Part shown: positions 45,975 through 59,211 of the stretch, piece by piece | How positions within the stretch are numbered: position 1 is the first letter of the stretch | Layout: each line of letters opens with the position of its first letter | Source of the DNA: Azolla caroliniana | Lineage: Eukaryota; Plantae; Polypodiophyta | DNA length: 64,000 bases | NCBI GenBank assembly: GCA_043228905.1 | Contig: JBHGNT010000006.1 | Coordinates: 8,556,001-8,620,000 of the forward strand | Direction: 5' to 3' | The notes under the pieces: model-generated | What the model was told of the DNA's origin: nothing | The model's input: only the letters and a program-made list of their open reading frames with translations | Databases searched by the model: none | Translations under genes and position numbers: made by a program

Positions 45975-46181
45975 TCGTGGGATTCACGAAAATAATATAA
46001 TCTATACTTGTGGGATTCACAAGTTTCTTATATCTTTCTTTCAATCTAAATACATATTCTTATCTAAATATTGATTAATCGAATATAATACACTCGTGGG
46101 ATTCACGAATGTTGCCATCAAAAATTACTCTTATAATCTAAATATTGTTTTAAAATACACTAAACTCGTGGGATTCACGAG
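45975..46181. repeat. Four copies of the palindrome TYGTG-GGATT-CACRA in the spacer between pol and the extra ORF
   Basis: Copies at 45975, 46008, 46094 and 46166. Confidence 0.85.
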
Positions 46182-46510
46182 ATTACTATCTTACTTCTCT
46201 TCCTATTATTCATAACTAGCCTTAAGTTGTATTCCTCTTCCTCCTAGTCCAAATCCTCGGCGGTTCCCACCCGACTCACGCAACGATCCGGAGCCGAAAG
46301 GCACGACAACGCGCAATGGTTTTTGTCTGTGCATTCTGGCGCCTTTTTCGAGTTTGTGCATGTCGCGTACTTAAAATAGCATTATGTCCTGTGGTGGCGC
46401 TTTAAATGCCCACTACGTACCTTTTCGCTCCACACTCTTTCATCCATTCATTCCTTGCTTTTGCATGATTGTTTTTTTTTTTTTTTTCAGTTATTATTAT
46501 TATTGTGACG

Positions 46511-49500
46511 TCACATGTCCGTTGGTCCTCCCGGACCCTTACCGGCCTCATTCTCTCCGGTTCCCGGCTTACCATCTCTGCCGTCTTGGTGGTTGCCGTC
46601 GGTCCTTTGCTCAAACGGGTTCTTAGGCATCAGTCCTCTATATGCCTTTAACCGGAATCCGTTTACCCATTTGCCCAGTACTTCGCCGGCAAGTGTCCCC
46701 AACTGGTAGGACCCATTATACTCCCGTGTTAGCCAATATGGTCCGGTCCATCTAAACCTTAGTTTACCCGGCATCTTGCCCATCCGAGTTTGGAATACTA
46801 ACACTGGTTTGCCGATTGCGAACATTTTTTCGTTACCTTTCCTGTGCCGGTCGACGAATGCTTTCCGTCGTCGTTGCTCCAATTCTAAATGTAGGATGCT
46901 GGCCAACCGTTGTTCCTCCAGCTCACACAGCGCTGTCAACCTTATTGTCTCCGACTCCTTCTCATTCAGCCGTTCTCGTAGCTGGATCCGTAAGCTAGGT
47001 ACTTGAAATTCTACCGGCATGACCGCCTCGAGTCCGAACGCCAACCGGAACGGTGTTGTTCGGATGCTCGTTTTGTATGCCGTCCGGTATGCCCAAAGTG
47101 CGCTATGTAGCTTTGTGTCCCAATCCGTCCGGTTCTCGTTGACGATCTTCCGAAGGATGTTCTGGAGCGTCTTGTTTGTTGATTCCGCTAATCCGTTCGC
47201 CTGTGGATAGTAAGGTGTGCTTCGTTTGTGGACCACGGCATAGAAGGTCGTTAGGCTTTCCACTACTTGTCCGAGAAAGTGCCCCCCTTGGTCACTTATC
47301 AATTCAATGGGGCATCCGTAACGGCACCAGATGTACTCATATAGAAACTTTGCCGTTGACGCAGCGGTGTTATCCCGTAAAGCTTTGGCCTCCACCCATT
47401 TCGTGCAGTAATCCGTAGCAACGATAACGTACCGATTACCCGTCCTCATTGCCGGTGGCTTGAACGGTCCTACAAAGTCCAGCCCCCACTTTTGGAATGA
47501 CTCCAGTGGTAGTACCGGCTGGTGTGGCATACGAGCCTGCTCCGTTGGCTTGCCCATTCTCTGGCATAAGTCACATTCTTTTGCGTACCGTACCGCATCT
47601 CTTAATGTCGTTGGCCACCATAGGCCACTTTGCCATATTTTTCTGGCTGTCGCATCTCCGGCATAGTGACCTCCGGCAACTCCGCAGTGGGCTTCCCTCA
47701 GTATCAGTTCCTTTTCATCGTTGCGCACCGCCCGTCTCCATATGCCGTCAGGGCCCTTGTGGTACAGTGTGTCTTGCAATAAGTAGAAATGTCGGCTTTG
47801 TACCGCCAGGCGTTTCCGTTCATCCCGGTTCAGCTCTTCCTGAGGCAGTCCTGTGCTCAGAAACTGGTGCATATTTGTGAGCCACTTGTCTTCCTGGGCC
47901 ACTGTCTCATCTGCTGCCGTCTCCGTAGTGACTTGAAATAGCTCTGCATCCAGAAACTCATCCGGTACTCTATCACCCGTCTCTCCGGACTCCAATCGGC
48001 TTAAGTAATCTGCTACGGCATGTTGTATACTGGGTCGGTGGAATATTTCAAACTCGAACTCCTGTAACAATAAGGTCCACCGGGCCAATTTGCTGGTGAG
48101 TGACGCCTTGGACACGAGGTAAAGGAGTGCCGAATGATCTACATGGAAGGAAAACTTCCTTCCCAATAAATAGTGCCAAAACTTTGTTACACTGTAGATC
48201 ATTCCTAGAGCTTCCCGTTCCGTAGTAGAGTAGTTCCGTTTTGCTTGGGATAGCTTCCGGCTAGCATAGTACACTGGCCGGTACCACTTTGGTTCCGTAA
48301 GCTGCATCAGTACGCTTCCGATTGCAATGTCGGAGGCGTCCACGAACACGTGAAATTCTTTACTCCAGTCCGGAGGTTGTACTACCGGTGCCTGCGACAA
48401 TAGTACCTTGAGGGCCTTATACGCCCTATCCTAAGTATCGGTCCACTGGAATGGTGTCCGATGTACGGTAGCATGCAACGGTGTAGCCAGGTCGGCCAAG
48501 TATCGGAGCATCCGGCTGTGCCACCGGATCTGGCCTAAGAACCGGCTTAATCCCTTTGCCGTTGCTGGCGCCGGTGCTTCTAATATGGCTTTCATTTTGT
48601 CCAGGTCGACTGCAATACCTTCCTGGCTCATGATATGTCCTAATAAAGTTCCATTGGACACGCCAAATACACACTTTGCCGGATTCAAGCTTAGCCGGTA
48701 CGCTCTACACTTTTCTAGACAAAGACGGAGGTGCTGAAAATGGTTCTCCTCCCAGCTATAGACGGCAAAATCGTCAAGGAAAACCTGCATAAAAGCCAGT
48801 ATATATTCACCAAAGATTTCCATGATGATTCGTTGAAACGTTGCCGGTGCCGTTTTGAGTCCGAACATCATCACCACGGCCACAAACACCCCCCATTCGG
48901 TGACGAATGCCGTTTTCTCTTGGTCGTCGGGGTGCATCCGGATCTGATTATACCCGCTGAATCCGTCAAGGAAGCTATAGACCTCATGGCCGGCGACGAC
49001 ATCCAACAGTCCATCTGTGAACGGAAGTGGAAACGCATCCGTTACCGTAGCCGCATTGAGTTTTCGGTAGTCCACGCAAACTCGAATTTTTCCGTTCTTC
49101 TTCGGTACGACTACGATCGGGCTCAGTCATGTCGCTTTCTTTACCGGACGGATAAAGCCAACTCTTAGCAGTTTGTCGATTTCTTCCTTAACCTTGGCAG
49201 CATAATTGGGATTCATCCGATACCGTCTTTGCTCAAGTGCACTTGATGCTGGTATAACTGAGGGTCGAGTCCTCGCATGTCTTCGTATGACCAGGCGAAC
49301 ACATCCCGGAATTCCGTGAGAAGTGTTATCATCGTCGTTTTGTCTTCGGACTTCATCTCCTTGGCGATGTGCACCGGTTTTTCTTCGTCCGTGGTGCCTA
49401 AATTCACCTCTTCCAGTTGCGATGCTTTTACGCGTTGTGAAACGGCCATTTCCCGTTCCAACGCTTCCTGCGCTTGCCGTAACTCCCGGATTGCGTCTTT

Positions 49501-52290
49501 ATCCGGTTCTGCTTCCGCCTCTTCCGGTTGCGGTAAGTACGGTGCTACGGCTTCGGCAATGTCAATTTCGAAGAGGGGTATGATCTTCGGGTTTTCCTGC
49601 AGGTATTGAGCTTCTTCTTCATTCGCTAACCCTTCTAGCATGTTGACGCATTCCGCATACAACGGTGTACATTCCTTGCCAGTGCTCGTCCTTGGCTGTG
49701 TTGGTACCCGTAACTTGGCTTTTCCTCGCCGGAAGGTAATTATATTTTTTCGTCAATTCTGTTTGATATGTGTCGTTTTCAACCATGGCCACCCCAGCAA
49801 TAGCGGGTATGTGCCTTGTGCCTGTAATTGTAGCACTACGGTCGAGATGTGAAATGTATGCCCGCCGACGGTGACTTCTAATTTCCGTATTAATCCTGTC
49901 GGCCGCACTGAGCTTGTATCGGCCATCCGCAACCAGAACGGACACGGCTCCCACTCGTGGATTCCTAGGTCCTCACACGTCCGGAGGCTTATTACATTTA
50001 CCCCAGAGCCTCCGTCTATAACTGTGCCGGGGAGTTCTTTCCCTTTTACAATGGCAGTGATTACCGGACTGCTGGTGTCTACCACTGTTGGTCCCTCCTC
50101 CGGATTCGAGAAGAGTACCGGTGCCGGTGATGGTTCCCCTGCCGTCATGGCCGTCTTAAGTCCTTCCGTGAATCTTGGCACGAGTTGTAGGAGTCTTCCT
50201 AGTGGTAACGTAATCTGGCATTCTTGCAACGCCTGCCATGTCTCGTTCTCGGAGTGACTACCGCCTGCAAGCCCTGCGGTGTTCTCCTTTTGCTGTTGTA
50301 AGTCTGTGACATTCTGCTCGTTTGCATTCTTTACCCATTCCGTTGCTTGTTTCCGGATGGTCTCCTGTGTCTCCCATTCTTTGGCCATGCCCTTCGACCT
50401 TGTGGTCACCTGCTGCAGGTCTGCCACCTCAAGGACTACCATATTTACCGCCGGTCGTTTTTCATAGCTCTTCACCGGGCATTGGTTACTATAATGGCCT
50501 TCCTGTCGGCAGTAGTAGCAGTAGGGCTTCCGGGTATTGCTAGATTCGGCATTGTCTGTTGTGCCCGGGGCAGGTCCTACGGTACGCGCCGGGTTTTGTA
50601 CCGGTTGGCTACTTGGAGCTCCTTGTTCCGGATCCCGGGGGTAGCCGCCCTTTTTAAAATGCCGTTTTTTGTTATAGATTTTCTTATTACGGTACTCTTG
50701 ACGGGGTTGCCCGTTATATCTGCCGTATTCCTCCCATTGCTGACGATACCCGGGGGAGTGCTCCCGGTCGTACTGTTCGTATCGTCTATTGTAATCCTGG
50801 TACCAATCATGCCAGTCATAGTTCTCTCGCCGATCACCGTACCGGACATCATTTTCCCGTCACTCGCCGTACCAGACATTATTTTCCCGTCGCTCGCCAT
50901 ACCGGACATCCTGTGCCGGTCGGTCACAGTCCATTCGCCGCCAGCGTTCGTCTTCTTCATCCCGGCTGCTGCGTGGCTCAATTTGTCGGATGAGCGGTGC
51001 TTGCCGATTCAACAGATTATACTCGCACCTATCCGTCGTATGGCTCTTGGATTGACAGATTACACATTGCGTCCTCATAGTGCATTCTAGAGCCGAGTGT
51101 CCGGAATTCAAACAGGTTGTGCACTGTATTGCTTGCCGAAACCGGAGGTCTTCATCGGACGGTAACGCCCATTGAAGTGCGCCCAGTGTGAGCCAGGAGC
51201 TTGTCTTTTCCATCTCTTTCACCCGGTCAATGACCTGGTCGATGGTACTTGTGCGGAAACCGATTACCGTGCAAACCGTGCGTAGGGGTTCCCGGAGCGC
51301 GTTTAGGAATATCGTCCGTAATTCCTCCTCCGGGGGTGCACGGGTAAGCTGACTATGCATCCGTTGAAACCGGATGACAAATTGGGGAATGCTCTCCCCT
51401 GCCTCTTGCCGGATGGTATAAAATAAGCCTACCATTACGGTCTGGTCCACCTCCTTTTGAAAAAAATGCATGAATTTAGCTTTTAAATCTGCAAAGGTGT
51501 TGATGGTAGACGGGTCCTCCGTCTGGCGCCATCTTGCTGCCGGTCCCTCCAATGTGACGCCAAACTCTGCTATCTTAGAGCGTTCTTCTTCCTCCGGTGT
51601 CAGTCGCTGGGACACATGGTTGGCTTCCCATGTCTGTTCAAAGGCGTGCACATGAGCTTCCGTGTCCGGATCATCTCTATACTTGGAGTTCTAGAACGGC
51701 ATGTCGTCGTCCGGTATCGGTGTGCGGGCTGGTAGTGTTAGTGCTCGTTCCGGAATTTTCTCCGGTGTCGGTGGTCTTTCCCGATTTGATTCTGGTGTCG
51801 GTTGTTTCTCTTCCTTTGGTGACGAAGGCCTCTCCTCTTCGACTTCCGGTGTCAGAGGTCGTTCTTCCTCTGCTGGTTCCGGGGGTTCCAGCGATAGCAC
51901 TTCCGGTTCCGGTTCCGGTGTCAGTAAGGTATCCGATCCTTCGTACTCCGGTCCGCCCGGGGTTTCGTTACTGCTACGGTAGTTCGTGTGCACGCTGTAT
52001 TCCCCTTCGGAGTCCGATTCATATGCTGAAAAGGCCTCTACTTCGCCTTCTCCGTTTGCCAACGCGTGGAGAAGGGATTCGGTTTCCCGGAGGCTGCTTA
52101 GGTTGCTGCCGTCGTGGTGCGATGTTTGCTGTAACCAGAGGGAGTCCTCCGCTACTCTCCGGATTACGTTGGAAAACGAGCGATCCGCTCTAATTTCCTG
52201 CGCCGCTTGCTGGAAAGCCTCGCGTCTCCTTTGCCTTTCAACAAGGCGTCGAGTTCGATCTGTAACAAGGTCGTGCGTTGATCTAGACAT
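46511..52290 (-). pseudogene. Gypsy B gag-pol with a few stops and frameshifts
   Basis: Gag with two zinc knuckles (50860-51651), protease IDGGSGVN (49753-50475), RT FLDGFSGYNQI / FLDDF (48431-49075), and an open 629-aa RNase H-integrase with GPY motif (46511-48400). Confidence 0.93.
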
Positions 52291-52682
52291 CCATCCGTGC
52301 CGTCGTTCGCTGCAAAAACAGGAATCGTGGTCGCCAAAAACTGTGTTAACTCTTTGGGCCGGACAATGTCCTAACACAGGGTGTCTACGGGAGACACTTC
52401 ACCAAAGGGTGTTACGGCAACCAGATTAGACTTCAACGCTTAATCCGACTTAATCAAGTTACTTATTAGGATCGTCTTCATAACACGCGTAAGATATAAC
52501 AATTAAGACAGAACGGCAATTAGCACAGAGATATAACAACGCTTAAGCTTTCCTTTCCCGGCCGGTAAAAGGAAAATCGTACACATTGATACATGTTAGA
52601 GAGCCCATCCTGTTGTTTGCCATTCGGACCATTGCTTCCATGCGATCTAGCTCACATGCATTGTAATGGGAGATAGGGTGTT

Positions 52683-55600
52683 TGTTGAGAGACAAGCTCA
52701 ACATCGGCCGGATCGGCTGAAGAAGCCGAGGACCGGATCGGTTGGGACCGATCGGTTAGGCCGAATGCGTAAACCGGTACGCAAATTGGTGCGTAAACCG
52801 GGAGGCCGTTAGGAAAGATATTCCGTGAGGAATAATTTGGGAGCTAGTGTAGGAGCTCTTAATGAGCATTGAAGTACTGTCAGTACTTCGGTTAGTCCTT
52901 CTAGGACTTGTATAAAAGCGTTCATTGAACACACATATGTATAGTGTGGTGAATAGAGATTGATTGTTTTGTTGAATATAGTTCTTGTGTTTTCTCTCTC
53001 TCACTCTCTCTATCTCTCCCGCGTATACTGCGTAAGCTCAAGATCTCCATTAAACCTGAGTTTTCTTCCTTCTGTTCGGTCTTCATACTTGCTTCCGCAC
53101 GTTACTTTTACATGGTATCAAAGCGCGAGAGTTGAGAACCTCTCTGCAACCGACACAACTTGACGAAGAAGAACAAGAAGAACGATGGATAGAGGCATGG
53201 CGAGCTCGCTTCCAAAAGAGAAGCTCGACAGAACCAACTACGCGTCTTGGTCCTACAAGATGCACTAGTACCTGCTCGGGCACGGCTACTGGAGTTATGT
53301 CGAAGGAGCTAATGACGCGGCACCCGAATCGACACACAGAGACTTCCTGTCATGGGAGCAATCGGCGAGCAGGGTATTATACTGCTTCGCGTCGTGTGTG
53401 GGCGAACAACTATTGAGCTATGTTCGGGATGCAAAGACGTCGAAGGGTGCGTGGGAATATCTCAAGAAGATTTTCGCCGCGAGCACCACAGCCAGGAAGC
53501 TTCAGCTCCGACAGGAGTTGAGCAACCTACGACAACGCGACTTGTCGGTGGCGGACTATACCTCGAAGATCAAGGATATCTGCGACTCCCTCGCCTCCAT
53601 AGGGGTGAACATCGAGGAGAGCAAAATGGTCCAGATCTGTCTCAGAGGTTTGGCATCGAAGTTCCGAGCGTTCCGAACGGTTGTGTGTAGCCGAGAGAAT
53701 ACGCCGTCCTTTTTCGACTTATAGTCAATGCTCCTGGTAGAGGAGAACCACGCGGGTGCGTCTACAAGCACGCACATTGACAGCAGAATGTTGTACACGG
53801 AGGGAGATATGCCCCGTGGACATGGAGGATGCGCCTAATCGGCGCGCAATGGAGGCGGACGACGAGATCAAGGAAGAAGGCACCGAAGTGATGCCGACAG
53901 GAACTCTGGACCCTCCGGAAACAGGGGGAGTCGAAGCGATGAGAACCGGCAAGGGAAGGCCATCGCGGAGTGCTGGTACTTTGGCAAGAAAAGCCACAGG
54001 GAAAGTGAGTGCTGGAAGAAGCGCGCTGATTCGGAGAGAACCGGTTCCGTAAACGGCTCCGGACATACCAACAAGGGAAATCGGCAGCAATCGCACTACG
54101 CCGAAGACTCCGGGAGAGCCGGAGAGGGGTCTGCCTTCGTGACGAGACACGAAGCAAACTCAATGAAACGGACCACCCCGAGGTCGGATGAGGTGTGGTA
54201 CGTAGACTCCGGCACGTCAAACCACGTGACGAGCCATTAGGAGTGGTTCTCGTACCTTGAAAAACCGATACAACCTGGAGTAGTCGCAACTGGAGACAAC
54301 ACTACACATCCGAGGTGTGGTACGTAGACTCCGGCACGTCAAACCACGTGACGAGCCATAAGGAGTGGTTCTCGTACCTTGAAAAACCGATACAACCTGG
54401 AGTAGTCGCAACTGGAGACAACACTACACATCCGATCGCGAATGTCGGAGAAGTTCCCCATAGCCATGTCGGGCAGAAAGGGAAACTCATGAACGTGCTG
54501 CACATTCCGACAATCACGAAGAACTTGGTCTCGGTCGGACAGATCGTTGACCAAGGGATGGAGGTTCGGTTTGCACACCTCGGGTGCTTCATTGAGGAAG
54601 AAGGCCGCGTGATAGCGCAAGGGCGCAGAGACGGGAGGATGTTCATCCTCGATTCCACTGACGGCTGCACCGCAATGTTCGCGAAGGGACAAAAATCCGA
54701 GTCGGACATCGACTTGTGGCACAAGCGGATAGGCCACGTCAACTACCAGCAGCTTCAAGATCTGCAATCGAAACAGGTAGTGTTCGGATTGCCCAAATTT
54801 AGTGGCCGAAAAGCACAAATTTGTGAAGCCTACCAGCTCGGGAAGCAACACCGACTTCCTTTCCCCAAAGAGCAAAACCGGAGCCGGAACAAGCTCGACC
54901 TTATACACTCCGATGTATGGGGGCCGACACAAAACGTTAGTCTTGGCGGGAGCCAATATTTCGTCTCCTTCATCGACGACCACACGCGGCACACGTGGAT
55001 CTACCTCATTGAGAGGAAGAGCGAAGTCTTCGACTGTTTCCGAGACCTCAAAGGGTTCGTGGAAACGGAAACGGGACGAAAGATCAAGTGCCTGCGGTCG
55101 GATGTCGGGAAAGAGTACTTTTTTGGTCAATTCAACGGTTATCTACAACAAATGGGAATTCGGCGCGAATTCAGTTGTAGATACACGCCGGAGCAGAACT
55201 GCGTGGCCAAGAGGAAGAATCGGTCAGTTGTGGAAGCGGCACGGGCAATGCTCGAGGAGAAGAGCTTGCCCAAGTTCTACTGGGCTGAGGCGGTAAGGAC
55301 CGCGGTATACATCCAGAACCGGATCGGAGACAAAGTGTCGGCGCACGAGCTATATTTCGGAACGAAGCCGAACTTGCGACACTTGAGGGTGTTCGGTAGC
55401 ATTGTGTATGTGCATGTACCGAAGGAGAAAAGGAGGAAGCTGGACGCAAAGGCCGAGAAATGCATCTTGGTCGGTTACTCGAACGAGCACAAGGGTTATA
55501 AGTGCTATAACCCTCGCACCAAACAAGCGCGTGTTAGCCGCGACGTTGTGTTTGACGAGTCTGCGTCCTGGTACCAGCCCCCGACTCCGAACCCCGACTC

Positions 55601-58600
55601 CAATCCGAGTTCTGACGATGAGGTCAGCGAGGCCGAGATGCCTCCGGATGAGCCCAAAATCGAGACCCGCAAAGAGAGTCTGATTTCACTCCGTTTAAGT
55701 GGACCGATTGGACGACTAAGTCTGTACGATCAGTCCGATGAAGAGCCGGCGAGTAGTGGAGACTCGGCCATGCATTCCCCGTGCAGCAAGCCGAGGAGAC
55801 GGCTTACACGCAAACAGAAAGGGAACTGCGTGGCCAAGAGAAAGAATCGGTCAGTTGTGGAAGCGGCACGGGCAATGCTCGCGGAGAAGAGCTTGCCCAA
55901 GTTCTACTGGGCCGAGGCGGTAAGGACCGCGGTATACATCCAGAACCGGATCAGAGACAAAGTGTCGGCGCACGAGCTATATTTCGGAACGAAGCCGAAC
56001 TTGCGACACTTGAGGGTGTTCGGTAGCATTGCGTATGTGCATGTACCGAAGGAGAAAAGGAGGAAGCTGGACGCAAAGCCGAGAAATGCATCTTGGTCGG
56101 TTACTCGGACGAGCACAAGGGTTATAAGTGCTATAACCCTCGCACCAAACAAGCGCGTGTTAGCCGCGACGTTGTGTTTGACGAGTCTGCGTCCTGGTAC
56201 CAGCCCCCGACTCCGAACCCCGACTCCAATCCGAGTTCTGACGATGAGGTCAGCGAGGCCGAGATGCCTCCGGATGAGCCCGAAATCGAGACCCGCGAAG
56301 AGAGTCCGATTTCACTCCGTTTAAGTGGACCGATTGGACGACTGAGTCGGTACGATCAGTCCGATGAAGAGCCGGCGAGTAGTGGAGACTCGGCCGTGCA
56401 TTCCCCGTGCAGCAAGCCGAGGAGACGGCTTACACGCAAAGAGAAAGGGAAGAAGAAGGTGTCGGATTCCGGCACAGATAAGAACGAGTCAGACCGACGC
56501 GAGTCCGACTCCGAGGGAACCGGTGATGGGTCTTTAAAGGTGAAGTCCGCGTCGACCGAGAAGGCCTCGACATCGGCTAATGTGAGATTACGCCGATCTA
56601 CCCACCAGAAGAATCCTGTTTTGCGGTTCGGATACAACGAGTACATGGCGCATCATTATGCGTACATGACCCGTGTAGCGGAAGTGTGTGAGCCGGAGAG
56701 CTATGCAGAAGCGGCTAAAGACGCGAATTGGCATGCTGTGATGGAGGAAGAGATGCACGCATTGTCGGAGAACGAGACCTGGGACCTGGTTGACGCACCA
56801 AGAGGGGTAAAACCGATCGGGTGTAGGTGGGTGTACAAGGTCAAGTACAACACCGATGGCTCGGTCAACCGGTACAAGGCTCGGCTAGTGGCAAAGGGCT
56901 ACGCGCAGAAACACGGCATTGACTACGATGAGACGTTTGCGCCGGTCGCGAAAATGACGACCGTCCGTGTTTTGCTCGCAGTAGCTGCGGTGAAGGGGTG
57001 ACACTTACATCAGATGGATGTAAAGAATGCGTTCCTGCAAGGTGACCTTGAGGAACAGGTGTACATGGTATAGCCCCCCGGATTTCACTCTGGAACGAAC
57101 TCCTCGGCAGTATGCTGACTGAAGAATTCCCTTTACGGACTGAAGCAAGCCCCGTGTGTCTGGAACGCGAAGATCACGCAACAACTACGTCGGATGGGCT
57201 TCGTCACGTCAAAATCGGACTCTTCCCTGTTCATTCGGAAAGGTCGACTCAGACCGGTTAGTATTCTACTATATGTTGATGACTTGGTCATCACCGGCGT
57301 CGACCTAGGTGAAATCGACCGCGTGAAGCTCCAACTTGCGGCATCGTTCAACATGAAGGATCTGGGGGACCTTCATTACTTCCTCGGGATCGAAGTGATC
57401 CGTACCCCCGAAGGCATATTAATCAGCCAACGTCATTACGTGCTGAGTATACTCTTTAAATTCGGGATGGCCGACTGTAAGTCCGTCTCGACTCCTCTGG
57501 ACAGAACCGTCAGGCTTCGTCCCGATACGGGAAAGGTATGCGACCCAACGAGGTTCCGACAAATTGTCGGAAGCCTCATATACTTGACCATCACCCGACC
57601 CGACCTCAGTTATCCGGTCGGAGTGATCAGTCAGTTCATGGCACGACCTACCGAGGAACACCTTCAGTGTGCGCAACGCATACTTCGGTATGTCGACGGC
57701 ACTAAGGACCGGGGACTGCTATATCGGACCGGAGCAGCCGCGTAGTTAGTCGGCTACACCGATGTTGATTGGTCTGGCAACGCCGCTGATCGCTGATCCA
57801 CGTACGGATACGCGTTCTACCTCGGGAGTGCCGCGATCGCGTGGAGCAGTAAGAAGCAGCCGACAGTTGCACTATCGAGCACCGAAGCTGAGTACCGAGG
57901 AGCGGTCATCGCGACATGCGAAGCCATATGGTTGAAGCGACTACTTAGGGACCTGCAAGAGGAGGTGTCAGATCCGACGACGATCTACTACGACAACCTC
58001 AGCAGCATCGAGCTCGCGAAAAACCCTGTTTTCCATGCACGGACCAAGCACACTGAGGTGCACTACCATTTCGTCCGTGAGCGTGTCCTTTCCGGTGAAA
58101 TCGAACTTCAGTACGTTCCAACGGATCGACAGACTGCCGACATCTTCACCAAGCCCCTTGGTCTGGACAAGTTGCGACAATTCTCAGGTGCGCTCGGATT
58201 GCGTCACCTCGACGTGCCAAACTTGAGGGGGAGAACAGTCCCGAACGACCAAGCAAAGCAGCAGGAAAGGAGTGGAGACCGCGACACCGAGTCGGTTGAC
58301 TCGGTTCTCGAGTTCGACTTCGGATCGACTGAAGAAGCCGAGGGTGGACCCGCGGAAAAGTCCGGAAGCGGACAGAAGGGGAGCAGCCGAAGGAGAGAGC
58401 CGAAGCCAACCACGCATGGGGAAGATGACGCCATCGAGCAAAAGACCGAAGACAAGTTGGAGACAGCCAACTCAGACGAGAGCGAAAACCGATCGGAGGT
58501 AGCCGAGTCGGTTCGGATGTTTGATTCAGATACGGTGAATCAACTGAGGCCCAAGCGGAAGAAAAGGCTTCAGGAGAAGCGTCAACACTGCAACAGCAGA

Positions 58601-59211
58601 AGAGCTAATAAGGGCCACATGAGCAAACAAGCCGACCGGAAGGGTCTAAGCGCGCGGAGTCGAACAGGTCGTGCAGCGCGAGCGAGGCATGAAGCCAGGA
58701 GGAACCGGAGCTGTGAGCCTGAAGATCCCGAAGAGCCTCAAGTTGAGCTTGAGGGGGAGTGTTGAGAGACAAGCTCAACATCGGCCGGATCGGCTGAAGA
58801 AGCCAAGGACCGGATCGGTTGGAACCGATCGATTAGACCGAATTCGTAAACCGGTACGCAGACCGGTGCGTAGGTAGGGCCGGATCAGTGCGTAAACCGG
58901 GAGGTCGTTAGGAAAGATATTCCGTGAGGAATAATTTGGGAGTTAGTGTAGGAGCTCTTAATGAGCATTGAAGTACTGTCAGTACTTCGGTCAGTCCTTC
59001 TAGGACTTGTATAAAAGCGTTCATTGAACACACATATGTATAGTGTGGTGAATAGAGATTGATTGTTTTGTTGAATATAGTTCTTGTGTTTTCTCTCTCT
59101 CACTCTCTCTATCTCTCCCGCGTATACTGCGTAAGCTCAAGCTCTCCATTAAACCTGAGTTTTCTTCCTTCTGGTCGGTCTTCATACTTGCTTCCGCATG
59201 TTACTTTTACA
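52683..59211 (+). mobile_element. Full-length GC-rich Ty1/copia element with internal tandem duplications
   Basis: LTRs 52683-53112 and 58760-59211; TSD GTGTT; PBS TGGTATCAAAGC (53113-53124); PPT GAGGGGGAG (58751-58759). Confidence 0.96.
53197..58765 (+). pseudogene. Copia gag-pol, disrupted, with a long C-terminal extension
   Basis: MASSLPKEKLDRTNYASW; WYVDSGTSNH; integrase; LLYVDDL; HARTKHTEVHYHFVRE. Multiple stops. Confidence 0.92.

Larger units (their letters stand above)
42054..52570 (-). mobile_element. Ty3/gypsy element B (non-chromovirus, Athila/Tat-like pol), near full length, with extra 3' ORF
   Basis: 3' LTR 42054-42489; 5' LTR 52344-52570 (internally deleted); TSD GGAAA on both sides; PBS TGGCGACCAC (52327-52336, tRNA-Arg(UCG)-like); gag-PR-RT-RH-INT order and no chromodomain. 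Confidence 0.95.

Noticed and set aside
45975-46181. CRISPR-like reading of the palindrome array
   Set aside because: The repeats are only 15 bp, spacing is irregular, the context is a eukaryotic retrotransposon, and there are no cas genes.
42491-58877. Many antisense and overlapping ORFs in the GC-rich elements
   Set aside because: These are shadow frames of gag-pol or the extra ORFs, expected from low stop-codon density.
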